43,335 bases of DNA from Ministeria vibrans ATCC 50519 (taxonomy: Eukaryota > Protista > Filasterea): positions 1 to 43,335 of the forward strand of contig CALSCP010002232.1 in the NCBI GenBank assembly GCA_943704425.1, in the 5' to 3' direction. The notes beneath the pieces were generated by a model. It worked only from the letters and a program-made list of their open reading frames with translations. It made no database searches and was not told the origin of the DNA. Below are positions 11,411 to 20,555 of the stretch, in pieces (position 1 is the first letter of the stretch; every line of letters begins with the position of its first letter). The translations under genes were made by a program, and so were the position numbers.

Positions 11411-12951
11411 GGAGAAAGAAACAAAGTGATAGAGAGACAGAGACAGAGACGAGAGAGATAGATAGAGAGAGAGAGACGAGAGATAGAGAGAGAGGAAGAA
11501 AAAACAAAGAGATGAAAAAAAAACAGAACATTAGTTACGATTCTTTCTTTCTTTCTGTTGTGCAATGATTGCAACAATGCACACGCAAACTCATACGGTT
11601 CGAGTAACGTCTAGAATGAGTTCTTTGCTGCTCAACAGACGCTCAATGGACGGCTCGCGCCACCACTCAAATAGCCCATACTCGCGCGTCGGGTCCAGAT
11701 CGCGGTTCTTTGCATACACACTCAACAACTACAACGCACAAACAGATTGTAAATGTTAAATAGCGCACAAGGAATACGTTTACGCCGCAAGATACCTTTT
11801 TCACAGTGGTCATTGAGTTGACGGTGACTGCTTCGCCCCGACCAGTCTCGCCAAAGGCCACTTCAACGGGCATGGTCACCACCATGGCTTGCTTCATTCG
11901 CTCAATTGCATCCTATTCATTGCGATGTATTAATAATAAAATAAATGACTAGTAACATTATAATATTAAAAATTAATACTATTAATAAAAATAATTATAA
12001 TAATAATAAAAATAACAATAATAATAAATAATAATAATTACGTCATATTATTAATAGTAATAATTATAATAATAATAATAATAATTATAATAATTATTAT
12101 TATTATAATTATTGTTCTTGTTGATGTTGGCGTTCTGTTAAACGTTGTTTTCCTAACCTGGATCTTCGCTTCTTTGTCTTCGTCGTTTTTGGCAGCTGAG
12201 CGCGCAAAGGACTCTTGCGCGGTTGACTTGGGGGCATTGACAAGAGTGGTGGAGGGCACACGTACAGGGGAAGCCGGGGCAGCGGGGGCGGGGGCAGGAA
12301 CAGTGACGCGCTTGGGAGGAGGAGGAGCGAATTGACCCGCAGAGGCAACGTGGGCAGGAGCCGGGGCAGGCAGCACGGCCGACGGAGTGCGCACAGGCAT
12401 GGGTGGCGATGCAACCGGCGACTGAATGGCCGATGTGGGCCGGGATGTCGCGGGTGACTCAGTCGCTCCACCCTGTTCTGCTGCCTTTAACTTTTCAACT
12501 AAACGAAGGCAAAATTTTCAACGGGAGGTTGTTTATTGTTTTTGACGCGCCCTACCTGCTTTCATGAGTCGCTTGCGATGACCCAGCAGAGTCACGCCAA
12601 TGGCACTGCAGTCCTCTTCTGTAATGTCCGACATGACTGACAGATCGTCAAAGCCGGCGCGAACAAAATTATTCGCATACTACACAGTACAAAATCGAAA
12701 TGAAATTATAGTGAATAATTAGAGCCAAAATCATTGAACTCGATGATTACCTGAGCCAAACGAATAGACGAGAGCCAGTCGAGCACTTCCGTGGGCACTT
12801 CAAGACTCTCTTCATCGTCTTCAGGTGCAATGGGCTGCGAAAAAAAAAAAAAAAAAAAAAAAAAAAACGAAGGGAACGAAATGAAAACGCTCCACAATAC
12901 CTGTTGCTCCATTTTGAGGCGTCGCACATCGGCTCCAGTAGCATCTGTCAT
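10579..12951 (-). CDS. SAM-RA-PH adaptor of the MRL (Mig-10/RIAM/lamellipodin) family, ~10 exons
   Basis: SAM: VLDWLSSIRLAQ|YANNFVRAGFDDLSVMSDITEEDCSAIGVTLLGHRKRLMKA. Pro-rich linker. EAKIQ|DAIERMKQA coil, then RA domain (YGLFEWWREPSIERLLSSKELILDVTRT|W). PH: QGTLQTRQGKNKSWKERYFVL..KKAPAQFTFIIK..DDEGTMEAWIKAIKQA. Confidence 0.8.
11930..12112. repeat. AT-rich (AAT)n/(ATT)n intronic low-complexity tract
   Basis: Near-pure A/T trinucleotide repeats within an MRL intron. Confidence 0.9.
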
Positions 12952-13081
12952 GGTGTAAGGAGTCTATTGTGATACGATTAAAACTGTTAGTCTCAGACTT
13001 AAGTCTAAACTCTTAACTCTGACTCTTCAGAGTTAGTTCGACTTATTACTCATAAATCATAATATTTCATTCAGACTACTC
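12952..13081. promoter_or_regulatory. Putative bidirectional promoter (MRL / CCDC91) rich in AGTCT/AGACT motifs
   Basis: 130 bp between divergent ATGs, with at least five AGTCT/AGACT copies. Confidence 0.5.
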
Positions 13082-14924
13082 ATGGCTGACGACGATTGGG
13101 GTGCCTTTACGGCAAGTGACACCGGTGCGCCGGCGCCTGCCGTGGCAGTTGCACCTGTCGTGGAAAGTTGGGATGCGTTTGGTTCAGCAGCGCCCGCTGC
13201 TGCCTCTGCTGCCTCTGCGGCGCCTGCTGCTGCTGCTGCTGCTGCTGCCGCATCGTCCCCGACGGCTACCGCAGGTGGCGATGAAGTAAGTTCACCATCA
13301 TCATCATCACACACACACACATTGCTCTTTGTTTTCGTGTCTCTCAGACTAATGTTTTTTTTCTCAAGTGGGATCCCTTCGCTTCGCATTCCCCGCAAGC
13401 GCAAGCATCTCCTGCTCCCGCCACATCCACCGTGACAGCTAGCTCATTTGGAAATGCCGGATATCCGACTGCGTTTGCGTCTTCGGGCGCGGCAACTGCC
13501 GGCGGAGGGTTGAATGCAACGTCAGCAGCGGCCGCTTCCCCGCAGACGCCTGCAGCACCGTCGACCACCGTCCCACTGCATTCACCGGCCTTCAACGTGG
13601 CTGCGACCGGCCCCGGCGACGACGACGACGATTTGTTCGATGGCTTTGTGACATCGCCCAGTGCTTCGCGTCATCCGCAGAGCGTTGCTCCTATGCAGTC
13701 GCTCAACACCTCGGTCGCAGCGCCCTCTGCTGACTTGTTTACGACGGCACCAGCCACCCCACAACAACAACAAGCGCAGAAGCAACCACAGTCAACGATG
13801 AGTACACCGCAGCAGTCCATGATGAGCACACCGCAACAGCCGCAGCAACAACAGACTTCAATGGTGGCAGAATCGCCTGCGGCATCTGCGCATCTGAGTG
13901 CGAAAGTGAGTTCGCTCGAGAGCCGTCTTGCCATGGTGGAACGCGAGAAGAGTCGCATTACGGCAGAGTTGGCGAGCGTCAAGTCGACGCGGGCGGCGCT
14001 GGAGGACGAGCTGAAGGCGCACCGTGCGGAGGTGGACAGGCTGAATGGAGTGGCAGAGCAGACGAGTCAGCGACATGCAGCGCAGCTGGCGCAGGTGCGG
14101 GCGAGTGGCGAGGAAGCCATGGCGGTCATGTGCGAGACGCACAAGCAGGCTGTGGCAGGGGTGCTGGCGAGCGAACGCGAAAAGAGTGTGCTTGCGGCGA
14201 GTCAGGCGGTTGATGCAGTGGCGGTCAAGGCGGCAAGCGCGCTTGACGCGCAGCTAGCGCGCATGGAGGCCATGCTCGAGCAGGAGCGCACGCGCATGGA
14301 GGCCGCTGTGTCGCGTGCCGTAGACGACGAGCGAGCCAAGGTCGCGGAGTCGGTGACGATTGCGGTTGCGGACGAGCGACGACGAGGCGAGGCGGCCCTT
14401 GAGAAGCAGGCAGCGCAGAGTCGACTGGCTGCAGAACATCAAGAGGAAGCCTTCAAGGGGGCACTTGAGGAAGCGGTTAGTGCGGCTGTTCAGGCACAGC
14501 AGGCGGAGACGCGCCGTGCGGTTGCAGAGGCGGCGCAGACAGGCCTCAAAGAGGGACTCGCGTTGTCGGAGACACTGCTGTCAGACGAACGCAGTGCAGG
14601 CGAGACAAGGGCAAAGGAATCGGAATCTCGCATGGAAGCGCTAGCAGAGCAACACGTTCAGATGCTCGAGAGTGCTCACGAGCGCATGCGTGCCACCCTG
14701 GAGACGGTCACTGCTGCGGCCGAGTCGCGCGGACGCTCCGATGCACAGGCGAGAAGTGCCAGTGCATTGGCGGCGCGTCAGGTGCAAGTGTCGTCGGCGA
14801 AGATGCTTCTCGACGGAATTCGACAGCAACTGGAGGTAAGAATCGAGAAGCAGTGAAATCGATGAATGAGAGTCGTCTTGTCGTACTTTAGGCAATTGTG
14901 GTGGATGCTGAGGCTGAACAATGA
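13082..14924 (+). CDS. CCDC91: CCDC91 / p56 GGA-binding accessory coiled-coil protein, 3 exons
   Basis: N-terminal DDDWGAF, WDAF, WDPF and DDLFDGF appendage-binding-type motifs. HLSAKVSSLESRLAMVEREKSRI..RHAAQLAQVRASGEEAMAVMCETHK parallels human QLQQKISSLEIKLKVSEEEKQRI..KHKQELEDMRKAGHEALSIIVDEYK as recalled. C-terminal RQVQVSSAKMLLDGIRQQL. Confidence 0.75.
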
Positions 14925-15244
14925 AAGTAAAGTATGAAAGAGAGTGGTGCAAATAGTGGATTTGTGATCATCGTCAAGGAAAGATAGGAGTAACATACAT
15001 CAACAGTTTTAGCAGTCAACAAAAAACAATCATGAATCAACATATGTACCCTGTTGCTTATACTCCACACTTTGTATTTCCGAAATGACCAAAAATAAGA
15101 ACACAATTCGGAAAAAATCAAAAATTCAAAAATCAATCAATATTCAATTGATCAAATCATTTCGTGCTCTCGAATCTCGATTTGTCGCACGTGCCACACT
15201 CTTCCATCTGCCCTTTGGCCTTTGCCTCTTTATCTTCCTCTACC

Positions 15245-15977
15245 ATGTCGCTGAAAGAGCCGTCCAAGCCCAAAAACGCTTTTCATTTATTTCGTAAAAA
15301 CCGCTCAAGTTCGCGCGCATCGCCCTCCCTGATGCCTGCTGCTGTATAGAAGCAAACGAGAAAATCCACAAACAGATTCAGGATGCTGTGAAGGCGTCGT
15401 CGGAGAGTGGAGAAAAGGTCAGCAAAAGAAGTGACAAAACGGTTTTTTTTTATTCTCAAGTGTTTTGCAGCTTTCATTTGCCAAGGTTGCGGGCAGCATG
15501 TGGAAGAAGGCAGACAAGGGTGTAAGGGAGCCGTTTGAGCGGGAGCAGGAGCGGGAGCAGGCCGCATACCAGACGGCCATGGGCGAGTTTGTGGCCAAGG
15601 GCGGAGTCCCTGCGCCGCACGCCAAGGCCGGCCGCAAGCGCACTGGCGACGACGCAGGGCTCGACAGCCCCGCCGAAGGGCAAGCGGCGTCGAAGGCGTC
15701 GAAGCCTAAGGCTCCTTTGGACCCGGATGAGGCGAACATGAGAGGCGTACGATGCCAGTTGGATGATTATACAAAGAGCTGACCTCCAGTGTTTCTTCCC
15801 CAGGTGATCGTCTACAATGCCCGCAAAGCCTGGTTAAAAGACTTATGGTCGACGTATGAGCCAGAGACACCGGTGACGGAGCGACTGGCGACGTTCCTGA
15901 CACAGAATCTGGCGAGTGATCTGCACTACTGGTCGTGTATGCGCTCAGCTCTCATTGAGCGCAAGAAACACGCATGA
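15245..15977 (+). CDS. HMG-box protein with unrecognised C-terminal helical region, 4 exons
   Basis: PSKPKNAFHLF|..|LSFAKVAGSMWKKADKGVREPFEREQEREQAAY is a canonical HMG box; basic GRKR NLS follows. Confidence 0.85.
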
Positions 15978-16327
15978 GCCCTTCCTTTCTCGCTGTACCT
16001 CCGCCCTCATTCTTTCTTTCTTTTTTTTTCTCTCTTTCTTTTCGCTTGTGTGTAGTAAACAAATTTTTTATTGATTTGAATCCAACATCCAGAGTGCAAA
16101 ATGAGAAGTTCAAAACGATAAAATAAAAATAAGCGTGCAAGTGCCTGTGTGCGCGTGCAAGTGCATATGTGTACGTGTGTATGTGATGGTGCGTATGTGC
16201 TCGTGCGGCGGATACATATGTGCGTGTGTGCGTTTCTCTCGTTGATCGTCCTCTCTTTCTCATTCCCATCACTCCATCACTCCCATCACTCCATCACTCT
16301 GTCACTCGGTCTCTCGGTCACTTTCTC

Positions 16328-17677
16328 TCACTCAAAGTTGCGAGGGCTGCTTGTGGCACTGGCTGAGCAGCCGTGCCAGACGTGGCTGAGGTACTCATCG
16401 GGGGTCATGAGGGCGGTGGGCAGGTCGCGAGCGCGACAGTCATGGCAGAGGATAGCGCGTGACTGACGGCCACCACGCGCCGACGAGACGGAGCAGTGGC
16501 CCAGCCGCGCCAGATGGTCCACGATAGTCTTGTTGAAACAGATAAAGGGCGAGCCAACCGCATGGGATAAACACGTCTCGGGGCAGCTCAGGGTCCACAG
16601 GTTGGCTGTGCGCAAGCGCACCCAGTGCGGCTCCCCAACGTGAGTTGGGTAGACGCGCATGTACAGTTGTTTGCGACACGCTCCGCACTCACCACGTTTC
16701 GATCGTTCCTCGTGCGCCAGAATGTTCTTCTCAACTTGTTCGCAGGCGTCCTGGGATGCCGTCGCTTGCGGGTCGAATCGCATTAGGGTGTGTCCCGCAC
16801 GCATCTCCAACTTAGCAAACATCTCGGGCTTCAACGCCACCTCGACGCCGTGTCGTCCGTTGCACACGAGATTCTTCGTGTAGTGACGATCAAGGCCGTA
16901 GCGACTCATGTTGACGCGATGGTATTCGACATGGGTGCCGTCGCCTTGGGCTGTGCGTGTTGCCGTCAATGCGTCAGCGGCTGCCGAATCGGCAGGCAAT
17001 TGTAACGACGAGGCCCCTCCGATGGCTTTTGCTGCGTAAACAGCGTGAGGGGTGTCGGTAGAGGAGCGAACAACGTAGTTGGGAGCAGTCGGTCGCGAAA
17101 TGCGTTGTTTTTTCACGGGTGCACTCGGAGGTCTGACGCGTCTTCCGGGTGCCGCGGCCGATCGCACCGAAGAACTCTTGTATCCGTCGCCGTCGGGACG
17201 GTAGTCAGCATCGTCGTCGTCCACATCGTCGTCATCGTCGTCGCCGGCGTCGATTTGCGCCGCTGCTTCGTCGTAGTCCGGATCCACGTCAGACAACATG
17301 CGCTTTGCGTTTTTTGTCGTTGTTTTTGGCATCGTGTGAACAAAATCGCTGGCTTGCGCTGGCGTTGTGCGCGAGTGAGAGTATGGAACGGGTGGCTGTG
17401 GTGGTTGTGGTGCAGTGATTGTGTGCGTGGGGACGGTCGGCGGTGGCGCCGGAGCAGTCGTTGACAAAATAGAGCCGATCGCCGGTGCATACCGAGGCAT
17501 GTCCATCGGCATGGCTCCTGCCGCGAATAGATCAAAGGCGAAGTGGTGCGGAACGACCGGCGCGTCGAAGGCCGGCTTAATGCGGCCGTCGTCATAGAAG
17601 AGATCAGACCGTGTTGCCGACGGCGCCGCTGAACGGCCCTTCCCGCTGTCCAAGTCCATCGGAGGGTCGTCCGACAT
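16328..17677 (-). CDS. Intronless orphan protein (449 aa): Pro-rich/acidic N-half, NLS, Cys/His-rich putative zinc-finger C-half
   Basis: Long GC-rich ORF; PVKKQRI NLS; CGAC..H..H, CPETC..DHLARLGH and CHDC-x17-H-x4-C patterns. Confidence 0.7.
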   Translation of the reverse strand: MSDDPPMDLDSGKGRSAAPSATRSDLFYDDGRIKPAFDAPVVPHHFAFDLFAAGAMPMDMPRYAPAIGSILSTTAPAPPPTVPTHTITAPQPPQPPVPYSHSRTTPAQASDFVHTMPKTTTKNAKRMLSDVDPDYDEAAAQIDAGDDDDDDVDDDDADYRPDGDGYKSSSVRSAAAPGRRVRPPSAPVKKQRISRPTAPNYVVRSSTDTPHAVYAAKAIGGASSLQLPADSAAADALTATRTAQGDGTHVEYHRVNMSRYGLDRHYTKNLVCNGRHGVEVALKPEMFAKLEMRAGHTLMRFDPQATASQDACEQVEKNILAHEERSKRGECGACRKQLYMRVYPTHVGEPHWVRLRTANLWTLSCPETCLSHAVGSPFICFNKTIVDHLARLGHCSVSSARGGRQSRAILCHDCRARDLPTALMTPDEYLSHVWHGCSASATSSPRNFE

Positions 17678-18633
17678 GGTGCAAAGTGCAGTGTGCAAAG
17701 AAAACGTGGTGCTTGGTGCTGGTGCTGCAACGACGCAGCGATGTAAGGAACGGTGTGAAAAGTTTGAGAAATAAAAGTGATACAATTCTTTTTTTGGAAA
17801 TGACGCATCTTTTGAAACCGCATCAGTGGAACTGCGCACAATGCGCACCGACAGCCGTCGGTGTCAACATGTACACGAACCAACTCAGTTGAGGTGCATT
17901 CAGCGTAAGGCGAGGCCAAAGCACTGTGCCACCGTCCCAGGGGGAGGCACGGATCAAAGACGGATGAGTTTTTAAGCGTCACTTCTTCACACGTCAATCG
18001 TGACAAGTGATAACAACCCAATCCATTCAGATTGAGTAGCAAACGGCAACGTGGTCCGAGTGGATTGGATACGTCGGATACGAATGCTAAATATGCTTAC
18101 TGTCAAGCGGAGTCTCCGGTCAGTCCGGTGTGGAGCGGGGCAGAATTTGAGCAGAATTCCTTACGTAAACCTCCGCGGATTTTTTTGTGTCCTGATTTAT
18201 TGTACAATGGTTAAAATTAGTTCAAACTTCGATTAGCGAGATCACAGTCGTCACACAGACCAATCACCAATGAGCCCATTCACAGTTCACGCGCGGGACT
18301 GTCCAGACACGGACCCACTCACACGGAAGGTCAGCTGGAAATATTCTACCCCGGCCGGTTCGGTACGGAGTCTCTAGTGTTCTGCCCAACAAAAAAAAAA
18401 ATCAATCAGTCTTAGTCTGGTATGTAAACCCAGAGTCTCACGTCACAAAAACTTAGGCGTTAAGGAGGACACCATCGCACAATACATTATACAAGCCTTG
18501 CGTGCTGACACATGCACTCGCGCAGAAGCAAGTGGCAGCGGAACATCCTCCTTCACTTCACTCTCACTTGATTCTTCTTCCCTCCGCCATTCGTTTCGTT
18601 CTTCGTTGCTCAGACTTTTATTTTTTGATTTAA

Positions 18634-20460
18634 ATGCTCGAAAATCTTGTTTCAGGCGGCATCAGCCAGGAGACACTCGAGAATGCCGTGCGCGACCGAC
18701 TATACGGCGAGTGTGGGTTGTGTCGCGAGTGCGTCGCACGCATCCTCGACATCGATGCACAGCTCTTGCCCGCCTCCACGACGCCGACGTGCAGCTGCTG
18801 CTACAACAGCTTTGCCGAGGTGCTGACACACGGCGTCCCTGCCATTGTGGAGCAGCTTGCGGGCTACGACGAGACGGCACCGCTGGTCAGCGTCGGCTTT
18901 TCAGTGCCGGCCTCCATGTCGTTGCGCGACCACGCTGCAATGGCGCACGTTGCTCAGACCGTCGCGTCGTGCACTCCCACCGAACAGACTGGCTCCTCCG
19001 CAAGCATGGACAGCAGCAATGGCGACGAGACGCGCTGGTGTGCCATCATGAGCATTTTCAAGGGACGCGGAGGGGAACTCAAGGGCGCCATCCGCGATCG
19101 TATTGATGCTCAACTCTCGCGTGTCATGCCTCAGTTGCGTCACGACAGCTCCTACGGCGCCGACAAGTATCCGGTGGCGACCTATAAGATCAGTGTGAGC
19201 TTGACAGAAGTCGCGAGTGGCACCGAAGAGGAACGCTTCTTCATCGAAGGTCAGGACTTCAAGCCTCTCGTGGCCAAACGCAGTCGAAAACGCCGGCGTC
19301 AAGAGGCTGCCGATGCCATGGCAGCAGCACGCACAGCAGCTCGTGCTACACCCTCTGTGAGCAGCACACCATCTACCGCTGATGCAGCGTCGTCGAGTCG
19401 CGACAACAACAACAACAATAACAACAACGACAATGACGACGAGAGTGAATGCAGCAAGAGCAAGGCTGAGGGACGCTTGGGCACTGCAGTGGCGCTGAAG
19501 ATTCTTGAAGACCTCACTCCAGCGCAGTTTGCGGCCAAGGCAACGGGGGCGGGAACAATGCCATTGGTGCCTCTACAACAGCTGCTGGTGCGTCGCGTCG
19601 GCTGGACCGTCGACGTCGAGCGCCAGTCACTCTATCTCGTTGGTCGCTACAACAAGTACCGTCGCTGCATCTCGCAGACACCCTGGCCCTTTGATGATGG
19701 CCATCAGACCGTCACGCACTCGGTTCAACAGCTGCTCGGCGACCCCCTGCGCGACGCGTGCGGTGCTTCCGCCGCCTATGCCTTTATGGGGGCGGGTCGC
19801 GAGGACCTCGACGTACGCATGCTCGGCAACGGCCGCCCCTTTGCTTGTGAGATGCGCGATTGCCATCGCGCGCGTGCCTTTGTTGAGGGCGATGTTGCAG
19901 CCGTGTGTGCGACACTGCAGAAGCGCATCAATGGCGACGCAGAGCCCATTGGCGTGCGTCTGCGCGACCTCCAAGTGTCGACGCGTGCCGACGTCGCGCG
20001 CTTCCTCAAGGACCCCAACCTTGAACGACACAAGAGCTACATCGCCGTGGTGTGTACGTCGTTTGTTGTCACTGAGGCTATGTTGGCACGTGTCAATGCC
20101 ATGCGCAACATTGTGATACGCCAGTGGACTCCCGTGCGTGTCGTTCACCGCCGTCCACTGCTGCGCCGTGAGCGCACTGTGCTCACCATCAATTTGCAGC
20201 CATGTCCATCGCGCACTGCAGCCGCGTCTACGTCTACGGCCACCAGCGGTCCCTTTTTCTTCATCCTGCGCGTGCAGACGGAAGCTGGTACCTACATCAA
20301 GGAGCTGGTGCACGGCGATCTGGGCCGCACCAGCCCGTCTCTCGCCTCCCTCCTCCTCGACTCCAGCACCGCCCACACCAGCTCCTCCGCCAAATGCGAC
20401 ATCCTCTCCCTCGACGTGGGCGCTGTGGAACTCTCCTGGCCTCCATCCATCCCTTTGTAA
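18634..20460 (+). CDS. PUS10: tRNA pseudouridine synthase Pus10, single exon
   Basis: GRYNKYRRCISQTPW; GAGREDLDVRMLGNGRPF (catalytic Asp); QWTPVRVVHRRPLLRRER; TEAGTYIKELVHGDLGRTSPSL; N-terminal CxxC pairs. Confidence 0.96.
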   Translation: MLENLVSGGISQETLENAVRDRLYGECGLCRECVARILDIDAQLLPASTTPTCSCCYNSFAEVLTHGVPAIVEQLAGYDETAPLVSVGFSVPASMSLRDHAAMAHVAQTVASCTPTEQTGSSASMDSSNGDETRWCAIMSIFKGRGGELKGAIRDRIDAQLSRVMPQLRHDSSYGADKYPVATYKISVSLTEVASGTEEERFFIEGQDFKPLVAKRSRKRRRQEAADAMAAARTAARATPSVSSTPSTADAASSSRDNNNNNNNNDNDDESECSKSKAEGRLGTAVALKILEDLTPAQFAAKATGAGTMPLVPLQQLLVRRVGWTVDVERQSLYLVGRYNKYRRCISQTPWPFDDGHQTVTHSVQQLLGDPLRDACGASAAYAFMGAGREDLDVRMLGNGRPFACEMRDCHRARAFVEGDVAAVCATLQKRINGDAEPIGVRLRDLQVSTRADVARFLKDPNLERHKSYIAVVCTSFVVTEAMLARVNAMRNIVIRQWTPVRVVHRRPLLRRERTVLTINLQPCPSRTAAASTSTATSGPFFFILRVQTEAGTYIKELVHGDLGRTSPSLASLLLDSSTAHTSSSAKCDILSLDVGAVELSWPPSIPL

Positions 20461-20555
20461 TCATATCACCGTGTATATGCAACACAATAAAAAATAATAA
20501 AATAATCATTTATTATGACGTTATTAATTAAATATTTCAGTGATTCTTTCATGCT

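Noticed and set aside
18010-18025. AACAACCCAA as a possible telomerase RNA template
   Set aside because: Does not give 1.5 copies of a standard repeat such as CTAACCCTAA; better explained as part of a CCAAT box
17113-18042. 309-aa minus-strand ORF overlapping the orphan Zn-finger gene
   Set aside because: Non-ATG start, alternative frame of a GC-rich coding region, and no recognisable protein features
18045-18075. GGCAACGTGGTCCGAGTGG resembling a tRNA-Ser/Leu 5' end
   Set aside because: No downstream GTTCRA T-loop or matching acceptor stem
18457-18466. TCCTTAAC (U12 branch-point consensus) on the minus strand
   Set aside because: No matching RTATCCTT donor or intron context; no U12-type intron was found in the gene models
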